From positions 193,254,001 through 193,318,000 of the forward strand of contig OZ024743.1 in assembly GCA_964016885.1 (NCBI GenBank): a stretch of 64,000 nt of DNA, read 5' to 3'. The notes below the pieces were generated by a model. That model was not told where the DNA came from and did not search any database. It saw nothing but the letters and a program-made list of their open reading frames with translations. The translations under genes and the position numbers were made by a program. Positions within the stretch are counted from its first letter, which is position 1. Every line of letters starts with the position of its first letter. Positions 27,001-42,000 of the stretch are shown here, piece after piece. Source of the stretch: Eledone cirrhosa (lineage: Eukaryota).

Positions 27001-30000
27001 TTCGACAAAACCAGCTTACCACAATTTCTGTCATAGGTAAATCTCCAATTAACTGTATATTGGTATCAAAATATACTGATAAATTGTTCAGTTCCATTAA
27101 TTTGAACATCATTTCATTGACATTCCTGTACACAAAACATGGAACCTACAAAATAAAAACAAATCATTTAGGACTTAAACTAAAACAGCTTACAACAATG
27201 AATAAAGTATGGCCTAATACAACAGCTAACAAAAGATTTGGGAGGTGAGCCAAATTGGAAATGTCTTCAGGTTTTGCAGGCCAAGACTAATCATTAATTA
27301 TTTCTAATTTAAGTACAAGGCCAGCAATTTGTGGGGAGAGGAAAGTCAATTAAATCAACCCTAGTACTTGACTTGTACTTTATTTTATCAATGTGTACTT
27401 TTTATGTAATGGTTAATTTTAATCAGCAAGGCTGTGTGATTAAGAAGTTTGCTTTGCAACCATTTGGTTCCAAGACAATCCCACTGTATGGAACCTTGCA
27501 CAATCGTCTACTATAGCTTCAAGTTAACCGATGCCTTGTGTAAACTGTAAAGAAGCCTGTCATACTTGTATGCATATATATATGTGAGAGTGTGTGTGTT
27601 TGTGTGCGTACCTGTCAGTTGTTGCATCTCTACATTGACATTGTTTAAAAAGCAAGAAGCGAGCCTTAATATCCCTCATAAACATTACATCCTATAGTTT
27701 AGCAGTTTGATAGACATCAATGATATATGCCAGACATTAAAAAGAAAATTAAATGTGTTGGCAAATAGGAAGGGCATCTGAACAGAGAAAACTTGCCTCA
27801 AAGAATTTTCATCCATGCCAACATAGAAAAGCAGATATAAAAAAATAAAACTATGAAATAATTGTTTCTACTTTAGGCACAAGGCCGGCAATTACCCAGT
27901 GCATTACTGGTACTTTATTTTATCGACCCCGTAAGGATGAAAGGCAAAGTCAACCTCGGCGGAATTTGAACTCAGATCGTAAAGGGACGTAACTATGCTG
28001 GAAAGCATGGCGTCCGACCCTCTACCGATACTGCCAATCCACCGCCCTTAAAAAAACTATGAAATAATGTTTCTTCTAAATGTAGTATAACTAAAATTGA
28101 TACCTCACTTTGGCATCTCTGGCTAACCTAAAGTTATCAGCTTCTATGGAACATCCATATAAAAATGGATCTTCTCTCTCTCTTTCATTACTGGAGGGGA
28201 GAAAAAACAACAATCTCTTTCTTACATTAGTAAAAGGATACAAATAATAAGTGGGGTTATAGTTGATTGAATTAAGCAGAGATGATTGATTGGCATACTG
28301 GATGGGTGATATTGGTGAAATACTTAATATAACAATTGATCCAGTTCACTGACATTTAATCAATGACCTAGCTCTAAGGAGAAATTATTTTAATGACACT
28401 ACAGTCATGAACATATAATGAGAATAGTTAAAAGAACTGAGTTATAGAATAAATAAATACTTATAATATAATGGTAGATAATATCCAGGATAAAATAAGT
28501 TAAATAAAATAAGAAAGCTAACACAAAAAAAAAGACTTGTTAATGGCTTGAGAGAAACCATTACATAAATAATAATCATGACAAAAAGCACCCAGTACAC
28601 ACTGTAAATATGGTTGGCGTTAGAATGGGACAACCCGTCTAACCCATGCTAACGTAGAAAGTAGACATTAAATGATGATGAAGTCTAATTAATGCAAACA
28701 ACAAAAATGCAAGCTTTTTTTATTAAGTCTACCAGTATAAAACAAAATTAAAGGGCTTGAAACTTGATTTTGTATTCTCTATCAAAAAGAAGTGAGATGT
28801 TTTTAAGCAATGCCATATAAAATTAAGCTGACACTTCTTGCACTAAAGTAAATATGAAAAGAAGTTTATTTGTTTGTTTTTTTGTATATTTTTTCTACTA
28901 ATGTCAGCAACCTACACTTCATGCTATCTTGCCAGGTTTAAACATGTTTGAATTAATTCAAGAAATATAGATTGCAACCATATAAATGGATACTCCCTAT
29001 ATATGACTTAGCAATGGGATAGAAGACAAATCTAAAAATAAGAAAAGTTTCTCAATGATCAATGAACCCAGTGCATTGATGGACAGGATAGAAATTTGCA
29101 ATTCTAGACTAAGAGACAGGAATAAGTAAATGAGAGTAGTCCAATTAATGTTCAGTTTAATGCAACTTAGTTTTTGCTTAGCCTTAAGTCAACCATTGAG
29201 TAGACCCATGACCAACTTTTTAGGAATATCTAAGATTATATTGTATAATATATCCTTCTCTTTGATTTGAAGAAAATTTAGCCAACCATGATCGAGCAGG
29301 CATATGGCTATAACTGTCATGTCTTTTAAGGGTTATTTAGGATTACCTTAGATGCAGGTATCGATAAGTGGTTAAGAAGTTTGCATCATAATCCTGTAAT
29401 TCTGGGTTTGATTCTGCTGCAGGGTAACTTGGATAAGTGACTTTTCTATGGCCTCAAGATAACCAATACCTTGTGAATGGAATTTATTTACTGTGTAGAA
29501 GCACACCAAATAAGACTGGGTTTAATTACTCCTGTAGAACAGATAAAACTCTTGAGGAAGTCAATAACAAACTACCTCCAGAATGTGCCAAAAAGGGATG
29601 TTTCACAAGGTTACAAAAAGTAAAATTATGATTACATTATCTAAGATAATGTAATCATAATTCAAGATTGTCGAATATCATTTTAGGGAAATTTGTTGAC
29701 TACTTTTAGTAGGATAAATAACCACATAAAGACTCACTTATGGAAAGGTTTATTCATGATTGAGGAGAAAACTCGATCAAGGCAGGATTTGAAGAGATAA
29801 GGAAGAATTATGTAAAGTGGTGGGATGAACAGAGATTGGTGCCTCTTTTGACTTTTAGTGAAGATGATAAACAATCAAGAGACAGAGTGATGGTAGCTGA
29901 GTAGTGGGCAGCTGGTCATAATAGTGTTAGTGAGTTGGAGTTTGACAATTGGTAAAGGTGTAGAAAGAGATTAATATTGATATTATATAAAACTTACCCA

Positions 30001-33000
30001 GTTTTCATCAGTGCTCTGTGCTATTAAACTGTCTAAATCAATTCCAACAGCAAATGGGTGAGAAGGATTTAAGTCATTGTCTTCATATCTTATGTGGACA
30101 TCATTAACATGGAGCTGAAATTTTAATATTTGAGAGGGGAATATCAATTTCAACAATAGGAAATAGTTAATACAAAACAAATATTTAATAAAAAATTCTA
30201 ACTTAGTGTTACATGGTTGTGATTGTGTGATTAACAAGTTCACTTCATAACCATGTTGTCTAGGGTTCTATCCCATTGCTTGGCACCGTGGATAAGTTTC
30301 TTTTACTATAGCCTCAGGCCAACCAATGCCTTATGAGTAAATTTGGCACACACATATATAACTATGGAATGAAATCGAAGACATAATCTATCTATAATAT
30401 TATTGTGTAAAGAGCATGACAGCCTCTCTAGTGTTGGTGATCTACATGATAAATGCACCAAGAACACTCTTTAAAGTGGTTGGCAATAGGAAAGGCATTC
30501 AGCTGTAGAAAACCTACCAAACAAAGAGTTAGGGGAATCTTCAGCTGCATTGAAGACATGGCGCCCTTCCAAGTGATGGTGCCATGATAAAATGCATTCG
30601 GTGCATTCTGTAGAGCCGGAATGTATGTAAACAATAAGTGACCCAGCCCTGCCTCATACGGTAGATAGATCAGTAGCTCTAATTAAATACTAACTTTGTT
30701 TCTGATGACTATCGAACCCGTGACAGGAGGGAAAATGGACATTAAATAATGGTGATGACTGCATGCACACATATATGGAACTTTTTGAAGCAATGTTTTA
30801 CAGCCTGATACCCTTCCTAACACCAACCCTTTTTGCTGCATATTACAACATACACGGATATGTTATACCTATTCTAAACACACATACACATATATAAACA
30901 TGCTTAATAATGTGTCTTTTCTATCTGCAGAACATACTGACAATGCTAAGTTTTATAAAATGGCCATGTGGTGAGGAAATTTTCATCATAACCATGTGAT
31001 TCTGGTAGTACTGCATAGTTCCTTCAGCAAATATCTTCTACAATAGCCACAAATCAACCTAAGCTTTGTGAGTTATATTTAGTATACAGAAACTGTATGG
31101 AAGCCAGCCAAATGTGTGTGTGTGTTTAGGATGACAGAATTGGTGCATCAAACAAAAAAATATTGTAGTATTTAGGTATGTCCTAGTTACATGCCTTAGC
31201 ACCAGGCCAACTTTGTTTTTTGTCCTCCTCAAAGGTCAATGTAATAAGTACAAGAAAATGTGTTGTAACTGATATAATCAACTAAAAAAAAAAAAAAATA
31301 GACCAATCCCCTAGTATGGTTACAGTACAAAGACTTAAAAGAATATATATTAAGCACTTTAATTTCATAATCATCATCTTCGTTTAACGTCCATCTTCCA
31401 CGCTAGCATGGGTTAGACGGGAGTTGTCCCACTTGAGGCAAGGTTGGTCGGATGACCATGTCTCGCTAATATAGGACTATCTGGCAGGTTTTCTATGGCT
31501 GGATGCCCTTCCTAACACCAACCACATTTACAGTGTGGAACTGGGAACTTTTTATCGTGTTACCTACACGGCCACATTACAGCGTGGACTGTGTGTTTTT
31601 TTTGTCGTGACACCTACACGATCTTGATCTCATTATCTCATTTATTTGGACTGAATGTTGAGGTACCAACTTTACAGAGAGAGGGTGGTGTTGGTGGGAG
31701 GATAGAGTAGGGGTAGTGGATTGGGGTGTATATTTGGTTGAGAGGTGCCTACTGACTGTAGGTTTTGCTTTGTACATAGGCAAGACGGGTCATCTGTATT
31801 ACTGCATGGCGCCAAAGATCTTGATCCAGTGATATTGTCTCAGAGAGGTGCAAGTGTGTAAGGTCGGAATTTATCAAATCGTTCCAAGTTTTTCTGGGTC
31901 TACCTACATTAATTCTAAAACTTAAATCATTAATTCTAAAACTTAAAACAACGATGTCTTATTTTATACATCAAAAGTATCTATCACTCATAAATTAAAC
32001 TGCAAAAGAAAAAAATAACCCAGAAAAATATCACTCCTAACTAATATTTTTTCTCAGGGCACAGCTGAGACATACTGCTTAGACTGGGGAGTAGAGTTGG
32101 TGCTTCCCCACCACCTTTCCCTTACTCTTGCCATTTAATTTTTCTCTTTTCTCTTTTTGTATTATTTCATGTATTTTCTGAAGAAGACTGGTAATATTAT
32201 AACCAATAAAAATTATCCAAGGTGTGATTATTGCTATTTAAATAAAAAAAAAATGTTAATGGACAATATATTTAGAAATGGACAAAGAAAGGGATGGATA
32301 GATTCACATTACTATCTGTTGTATATAGAAAATTCACAGCATGCTCAACATTATAGTGAATACATAGAAATCTTTAACTGAGGTTACACAAGGATAACAA
32401 ATCCAAATTTCTTTAATGGGAAACTATTCAATTTTATAATTAAAATTATTCATTTTGGGTGTGGTTCATTTGCAAACCATTTTGAAGCCAGTCTGTTAAT
32501 TGCAAGGAATTCATTAAAAAATTTACATCTAAGCAGATTAATAATTCTCCCAGACACCACCACCACAAGTAGCATCTACTTCATTCCAACAGTATAGTCT
32601 GCCATAGGAATCCCAACCTATTCTCATCACATCACAGATAATCTGAAGTATGAGTATGACATGAGTAGGATGTTTTCAGAACATCTATTCTGAGAGGCAG
32701 AACTCATCTGTTGGTAGGCATAGAGACTAATGGAGGAAAGTAGCTTATTGCAAGTTGTAGATGTTTACTACCATTTGTCGCTGGAAAGTGGTCAATTCAG
32801 TCACAACAGGACAAAAATATTCAATCATCATCATATCACCAACACAGCAATAGCTAACATCAAAATTTGTTTTCCCTTTTCTTTTTTCTTCTACTTCAAC
32901 TTTCATAAATAACTCTTCCATAACATCCAGGCAACCTTTTACATAGGTCACCACATCCATTCTCATAGAAACATCAAATATATTTGGAATTAGTCCAAGG

Positions 33001-36000
33001 GAAAGTTAAAATAGTATTTCACCAGCACTAGATTTCTCACCACCACTGCCTCCACCTAAAGAATAACTGCAGAGATTATGAAGATAAGCTGCTAAAACTC
33101 TCGGCATACACTCCACTCACACAATTTTCCAGTCAAAGAAGGCTTAGAAAGGCTATGGGCACTGCTTCTCTTCAGCCTAACAACAATAACAATAAAAAAC
33201 ATTCAAATAGCAAGTAGAAATAAAATCCTCTTCAAATAATGATTTTTGGAAGAAACTTTAAGAGTTTCTTTTATAAGAACTAGTAAAAACCCATCGCTAT
33301 ATTGCTGGTAAAATACACACAAACAACCAGAAAAATAACTGTGTATGATTATATATATATACACATGTAAGTGTGACGGACAAATTTCATGGTCTTTTTT
33401 TAAAGTCTGTGTTGCTCCCTCACTGCATTTATCTCTCAAGCTGGTGTTGAGAATGTGTGTGAAAGATAGATAGGCATTGAAATATATCAATTTGTTATGA
33501 CGGCACCATATTGTTGAATTACACTTTAAACAATCTATCTATCCTTCACAGATTCTTACTTTGTCTCACTGTATTTCTCTCTCAGCAGCAACAACTTCCC
33601 CAAGGAGGGAAAGGTGTGTGTGTGTGTGTGTGAAAAGTTGTTGATGAGAGAGAGAGTGCATGAAAGATAAATAGAGAGGTGGAAACTAAAGTGTTGACAG
33701 ACTTACACTTAAGTTTTTTTTAAAATCTGTCATCATTACTTTCATTCTGCTACTGGCATAAACAATCCACCTCTTTCATACACACACTCTCTCACTATAT
33801 TTCTCTCTCAACAATAACAACTTTTCACTCATTCCCTTCTTCCCCCCTCTATATAGTGATGCACAGACTGATGGAGATCAGCTTGTCTTTTATAATATAG
33901 CAATGCTACATGGCAGTGAGACATGGGCATTACGTGCAGACTGGAAAGCAACGAAGCATGCATGCTCCATTGGATGCGTAATAGTAATATACGTGAACGG
34001 CAAAGCATAAATGAACTAAGTGAGAAATTAGGAATAAGAGGGATCAAATGCTGTTTACTTGAGAGAAGACTACGTTGGTATGGCCACGTGATGCGCATGA
34101 AAGACGACAGCTGTATAAAAAAGTGCAGGACGATCAAAATTGATGGTAGTTACGGAGTAGGTAGACCCCAAAAAACCTGGGACGATCTGATAAATTCCGA
34201 CCTTACACACTTACATCTCTCTAAGACAATGTCTCTGGACTGAGACCTTTGGCGCTACGCAGTAATACAGAAGACCCGCCTTGCCTATGTACAAAGCGAA
34301 ACCTACAGGCAGTAGGCACCTCTTAACCAAATATACACCCCAATCCACTACCCCTACTCTATCCTCCCACTCCCACCAACCTCTCTCTGTAAAGTTGGTA
34401 CCACAACATCCAGTCCAAATAAATGAGATAAATGAGATCGAGATCGTGTAGGTGTCATAAGAAAAACACACAGTCCATGCTGTAATGTGGCCGTGTAGGT
34501 AACACAGTAAAAAGTTCCCAGTTCCACACTGTAAATGTGGTTGGTGTTAGGAAGGGCATCCAGCCGTAGAAAACCTGCCAGATAGTCCTATATGAGCGAG
34601 ACACGGTCACCCGACCAACCTTGCCTCAAGTGGGACAACTCCCGTCTAACCCATGCTAGCGTGGAAAATGGACGTTAAACGAAGATGATGATGATGACAA
34701 CAAAACAGAGAAACTGAATTTCTTTTTTCGTTTATTACTGCTGTTTCAATGAGAATTAAAAACAGTTGCTTGGATTTAGAGGAAGAGTTACTTATAAACA
34801 TTTGGGAAGAATCCAGAGATAAGTTCACAAATTGCAATCCCCCACTTTCTCAACCAGATTTGATAACATTCAAAACTTATTGAACATTGATAACGCAAAG
34901 AAAAAAAAAAAAAAAAAAAAAAAACTATGCTGGCTTCAAATTGGACATATACCTTTGAACTACATTCTATCAAGAATGGGTCGTAGAGATTCATCACTAT
35001 GTTCTTGTGGTGACTCTCCAGAAACTCTTTGGCACTATTTGTTCCAATGTAAAAACTATCAGTCCGAGAGAGAGGCCATGCTGAAACCAATCTTTAAAAA
35101 ACTACCTAGATTGGAAGTTCAGTATGTGATTAAATGTCTACCAAATATAAACAAAATCTTTGAGTAAATGGAAGTTAACAGAAACTTCTAGCTGTTTGAC
35201 AGCTTCCCTTGTTTCCTATTTTCCTTTTCTTAGGCATAATCTACCTCCCATTGGCCTTCAATATGTGACATTTTAATTTTAATTTTATTTTTTTCCCTTT
35301 TATAATTATTTTTTTTATTACTTGTCTCACTAGCTCTTTTTGATTACCAACTGTAAGGAGTACTCGATACTTTTCCTAGTCTGTCATGGCTTACTAGCTC
35401 TATATGGACATTTAAATTGATTAAATAAATAATAACAGTTGAAGTAGAAGGAAAGAGATAATGGAAAGCAAATTTTGATGTTAGTAATTACTGTGGTGGT
35501 GATGAGATGATGACGACAATTGAACATTTTTGTCCTGTGGCTGAATTGACTACTTTCCAGAGACAAATGATAGTAATTATCTACACCCTTGACCTTTTTT
35601 AAGGGCCTCTAAGACAATGGGAGAGAAGGAGGAAGAAAGTTTCAAATCAAAGACCTGACCTGAATACATGCAACAGAGTAGATTCTGCTAAAGGCACCTT
35701 AGAATAAGATGATAGAATTAAACCAGGTAATGGCTCAAATTTAACACCTGAGTCGGCTACAGCAAGATTTGAAATCAGAATGCAAAGAGCTGAAACAAAC
35801 ACTCTAATTCCAGTAGTCCACCTCCCTTGACTGGTACCTTATTTATCAATCCCAGAAAGTTGACCATGGCAGGATTTGAATGTGAGGAGACAAGACAAAT
35901 ACCTCATGGCATTTTACCTGACACACTAATACCACAAATATAACAATAAAACAACAACAAGAAACTGAATAATTATGACTGTAAAAAGAGAGTATTGAAA

Positions 36001-39000
36001 TACCTGTAAGTTTTCAAGAATGTTGCTTGCCACAGATGTCAATGTGACAAGCCAAGAACTAGAAGAACCCTTTGCTTTCCCAGATTGCTAGAAAAACAAA
36101 AAAACAAAAAAACAAATTGTTAATTAATAAAATTTTCTTTAAAAACAACCAAATTAACAGTTGATTTCCTATTTTATTGATTTTGGGGGAGGGTGAGGTT
36201 GGGGATGAAGATTAGGAGTATGTGGAGCAAGAGGAAGACAAAGAGGAGCAGGCGAGGAGGAGGTGGAGGAGGATTTTGATGCCAGTAAAATAGTTTTGTT
36301 TTAAATCATCATTTTTCCATGTTTTCCATGCTTCCATGGGTTTGACAAGTCCACTCCTCCAAAACAACATATTGCCACTTGCTACATTTCTTTGTTATCT
36401 CCACTGTTAGTCTATCTGTGATCCTATTACACCACTATAGTTTACATTACTTCTCTGTATGGAATTTTAATTATTACTTCAAATATTTTTTATTTATTTA
36501 TTTTTTTTAATCTGAAGAGAAAGAATGGTATTAACCCTTTAGCATTTACATTACTCTATATTTACTATTGTATTTTCATGGTAGAGGTTTTATATAACAT
36601 AATATTAAATCTATGACATTTTGATATTTATTTTGAGAACAATACCTTAACATAAGTGTAAGCAGTCGGTTATGGCCAGTTTAAACAGAAAGTAGTGAAA
36701 GAATTCTGGCCGGATATGGCCAGTTTAAATGCTAAAGGGTTAAATCATCATTATCATCATCTATTTTCTATGCTTGCATGGGTTATAGACAGATTATCAC
36801 ATTATGAATTGAGACAGGTTAAGTGTCCAGATATTGTTCATACAATTCATGGTTTCTATGACTGAATGTCCTTTCTAAAGCCAACGACATTACAGCACAT
36901 TCTAGGAGCTTTTTTTGACATCTTAGAATGGGTGCTTTTCATCATGGTACCAACACAACCCCGTTACAGGATGGTCTAAATGCATTTTTGTCAAAGCACC
37001 CTTACAGGGTGGGGTGAACTGGAAGATATTTAGTCTAATGTATAGATTTGGTTAATAATTGATGCCTTCTGATTATGAACAAAGTTAATTTTTTGGTTGG
37101 GGTGAGTCTACTGAATCAATCTTGCCAAATATACTAGTACTTACATCAACACCAAGAGAACATGGGCCAAAAAGGGTTCTTGTAAAGGATAGCTTAACCT
37201 ACTAAAAATAGTAGTTAAATCTCCCTCAAATCCTACTCTACTGCTTAAAAAAAAAAGGAAAGATACATTGGATAATGTAGTACTAGATATACTGTCTGAA
37301 AGTAAGATGGGCTGACCTGAAGCTAACATCAACTACCACCATGAAGAGTACAATGTTAATGCTGACAGAATTTGAATTCGGAATGTAAATGGATAAAACT
37401 AGATAGTATAACATTTTAGTCTAGTACTCCATTGTTTCTGTAAACTCACTGTCCTGGAATGAATAATTTCTTATCATCATCATCATTTCATTTTACGTCC
37501 GCTTTTTCCCTGCTTGGAAGGGTGGGACGGGAACTGATTTTGGCTTGATTTCTACAGCTGGATGCCCTTCCTAACACCAACCTCATTTACAGTGAGTGCT
37601 GGGTGCTTTTTTGCCGTGGCACCTCCACGACCACTTTGCAGTGGAATGATATGGACCCCAGTCTCTATCATCTCATTTCTACAGCTGAGTAAACTGGAGC
37701 AATGTGAAATAAAGTGTCTTGCTGAAGGAAACAACACATCACCCGGTCTGAGAATTGAACTCACAACCTTTCGATTGCAAGGCCAATGCTCTAACCATTA
37801 AGCCATGTGCCTTCTTATATAGGAATGAAACCTCAAATTTTCAAGGTAGTAGAATACGGCAAGTTATAATGTATATTCAAGCCTTGCCATGGAGCAACAT
37901 TATCAAAACTTCAATTGGGAATCAAAACTAGTTCTTGGACGGCTCAAGTTTGCAAAGATTTTTATATCCACCACCAGCACAAAATTCATTTCTTAATCCT
38001 AAAATGGTTTCTTAAATATAAAAATATTAACAGGTTCTTAATATTATTTATATTTTCTTTAATGCAAAAGTGTTACCTTACTTTTAACATATCATCAACA
38101 GTTTCAAGGGCAAGTTGTTTGGAACTTTGGTAGAGCTTTTTCCGTTCAACTTTATCACACTGTAAAAAAAGACAAAAAATTGAAAAAAATAATGAATAGT
38201 GGGGAAGGGATTAAAAGAGATGTAGGAAATGTTTTAATTCTTTAAGGAGTTAGTTATTGAGCTACAGAAATGATGGAGTACCACCTTCAAGAGTTTTAGT
38301 TGCTTATATTGACTCAAATAATATGTCTAGTACTTAATTTATTGATTGCATAAGGTGGAAGGACAAAGTCAACCTGAGCAGATGGTGATGTAACGAGAAG
38401 GGAAACAAATAGTACAAGATATTTTTCACCTTGGCACAAATTCTGCTATCCCCCATCAATAACGTGTGTGTGTGTATGTATGCGTGTGTATGTTAGACAC
38501 ACACACACATTCACCCAACTGGCTTCATCACAATATCTGCCTATCAAAATTTGTAATCTTTGGTCAACCTGAGGCTACAGTAGAAGACATGCCCAAGGTG
38601 CAGCATAATGAGATTGGATTTTTTAACTGGAGTCATGCCAATGTATGTGATGCAGTGATGACTTTGGTATGAATGTAGGAACCTGTAAATCTTGATGGAA
38701 TCAAAAGAGCATTGTAGTGACATACATAGAGACATTTTAAATCTGACAGAGCCCATCTCATCTCCGGATCTGAACACAGCGGAATTTTTCCAGAGCAGGA
38801 GAAAGAATGCCAGAGAAGAAATGAGAAAGAGATATAGATATAGAGAAAGAATAAACCTCAGTACTGGACTGTTACTTTTTGTTTTATTGACCTTGAAAGG
38901 ATGAAAGGGAAAGTTAATCTCAACAGGATTTGAACATGGAGTGCAGAGAGGTAGAACAAATAATGCAAAGATTCTATCGAACATTCTAACAACTCTACCA

Positions 39001-42000
39001 ATTCGTCACCTGATGGCTTTGATACAAAACATATACAACAGCAGAAGTGAAATAAGGTTGCATTAAGAAGTAGTAGTAGTAAAAACAACAACATAATATA
39101 AAGTGACACTTACATCTGCATGTTTCATAGGCTCAACAATGATATGGACACCTTCAATTGTGATGACCCATGGTTCACTGTGAATCCGTGTCACTGGGAT
39201 TTTTAGGGTGATCTTACGTATCATTCCTGTAATAAATAAGTGATCAAATAGAGAGTGATATGAATTAATAGAATATGATCTGAGAACTTAATTTATTTGA
39301 CAATTAAACTGGAATTAGACATTTTAACTGAAAGTAGTTAACAATTAGAACTAACTAATAATACACATGAACTAAAGTTCTGCTAAACTAATAAGACAAA
39401 ATAATTCACTATTTAGGAAAACTTATCTAAGTATTATTCACAATCATCAAATTTATGCCTCAGGCAACATTAAAAGAGGCGGACACACCAGGTGAAATAA
39501 AGATGGGATAGTCACAACTGGTCTGCTGGTGAAGTTAAATGTGTGTGAGCATAAATGTCAGCAACATATACCATTGATAGTCCTGTAATGTATGTCTGGG
39601 CAATGTGGGAAAATACTCTCTGGAATGCAGGACCCCAAGCACAAACTGCCTTATGGTCCCAGCAGACAGAATGGAGAAAGCATTACCCTGGAGGATAGCA
39701 AGGGAGATGCATTTAAATAGCCATTCCTGCTCACGGAGCTTACTCCTGTGGGTGGCTAACTTCACTGACCACAAAAGGAAAAATAACAAAAGAAAAATCA
39801 AGCAATTTAGAATTAATTTTGAGACTTCCTGATAGGAATACCAGTCTAAAAACAAAAACTTACAAATGAAAAATCACTTAAAGAAAAATAACTATTTAGT
39901 AAGAAATGCCTTTTTAATTTTCAAATTTCCAATGTTCCCTTTTATGACTTTCATGGTGACCGTGGTATTCTGATTATGATATATATGTAGTGTGGAACCT
40001 GGTTTTTTGAATGAATACACCATATCCCTGGGTGTCATATGTGCAACTAAAAGGATTGACATAAAAAATAACATTCAGCTGGAAAACATTGTCTCAAAAT
40101 ATCCCATCTACAACATGCCAGCATGGAAAAGTAGATATAAGCATGATGTTGATGATGATGATGACTAAAACCAATGTAAAGATGATGACAGTGAGCATAA
40201 AGAAAGAAATGAAAAGGAGCTGATCATCAGGCAAGACCAAACTATGTTTCCACTGGTCTTTCCATAGCTGATACTATCTGCTGGCTGCAATTCCTGGCAG
40301 AACATTACTGGAAAAGTTGTGATAAGAAGCGAAATTTTAACAAAGAATACACAGAGCAAGAACAGATACCCTAAAGCATCCTATCTGACTCTCAAACATT
40401 ACTTGATCCTGACTTCCTTGTTCACCAACGCTTCCCACTTTATCGTGTAGGTCGACCTTGACTGCCAGTCTTGAGGGTTTCTTTGGCTTTAGGTAGTCTC
40501 AAGTTGCAGATAACTAGATGGTGATCAGTTGACAGCTCAACTCCTCTCTTAACACGAACATGCAGCACAGAATCGAAGAGATTAGAGACAATAACAAAAT
40601 CAATTATTGATCTCTGCCTCTGATACCATGTGTATGAAGGTGTGCATAATAGAGAGTCCATTACTAGAGCAGAAGTCTAATAAGGCCTCTTAATTCATGT
40701 TTATATTGGGATCACTGTTCTTTCCAATCACTCCTTTCATGTCAGGTGGTCTGTGCCATCATATGCATTGAAGTCACTCATTAGAATATATGACTCAGTC
40801 ATAAATACATCTAACGTTGCAGTGACTTCATCAAGGAAGGATCTGTATTCGGGCTCTCTGTTTGGTGCATAAACTTGTACCACCCACAGAGACCTTTCTT
40901 TCAGCCTAAGCTTCATGAGGTAAATCCTCTCTCCCAATGGGATCTAGTCCATAACACATTCTGACAGCCAGTGGGGGCTTGTGAACATCCCCACTCGTGC
41001 CTGTACAGTTTTTTCTGGTGCCATACTTTTATTCCTAATTCTAAAATATGAAGGTATTTTAAGTAATAGATTTCAACCATCTCAATCGATTATATTCAAG
41101 TCATTCATTTATATTGTATATCTGATAACATTCACCTAGGTTCTAGTAAAGTTTGTTCAATACAATTTTTATCTAATAATGTAATTGGGAGAGGGGGGGG
41201 GGGGGCTAAGAGGTTGACTACATAACTGAAAATATATAAAATTTTACAAATAAATGAATAAAAACAATTTCCCCTACTTAGGTTACGTACAATTGATATT
41301 CAAACCAATGGAGGAATGTAAAGGAATCAGAAACAACTGTTAATCAGAAGATTCCAGTTTTATTGACTACTATCTATAGATTAGAAAATGGGTGGGTGAA
41401 AGAGAGGGGGAACTACACTGAAAAGCCAACAGCTCTTATCTATTTGGAGATTTAAGAGATAGAGAATGGGCAGGTAAACGAGAAGCACACTAAAAGGCCA
41501 ACAGTTCCCATCTATAACAAGTACAAGCACTATACCTCTGTGAAAGATAGAGTCTGTGACATCCTGTTGGACAAGTGGAAGACACTTAGTCTCAGTCAAC
41601 TGGATTATTGTTTCTACTTATTGTCTTACCATAGTGCCAAGTGTATTTCTAAATACAAGACAATCGAATGGCTTAAGACCAAGAACACTGTCTCTTTGCA
41701 GCAGCTCTACTCTTTGAAGTAAAGAAGGAAAGAGATGTGTAGTATGTTATATTTGGAATCAAATTTTGACATTGAAGGCTACAAATCCTCAAATTGGATG
41801 TCATTTAATATTGCAAAATGTCCCATTCTTTCCATGCAAGTTAGAACCAGAGACTGCAATAACTAAGATTTCAAAGAGCCCTTCAATATACTTTTGCAAA
41901 ACAAGGGATTTGCATGGAGTAGATATCAACATTTGGACATTCCACTACATAAGAGACTGGAAGAACCTACATCACACTGCATGAGATATGTACGAGGGAA

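Noticed and set aside
33540-33830. Imperfect inverted repeats as a defined MITE
   Set aside because: Arms are mostly GA/CT low-complexity sequence and no clear termini or TSD were found
38077-38081. Alternative donor GTAAC 5 nt downstream of the exon 4 donor
   Set aside because: It would shift the frame relative to exon 5; the GTAAGG donor keeps phase 0
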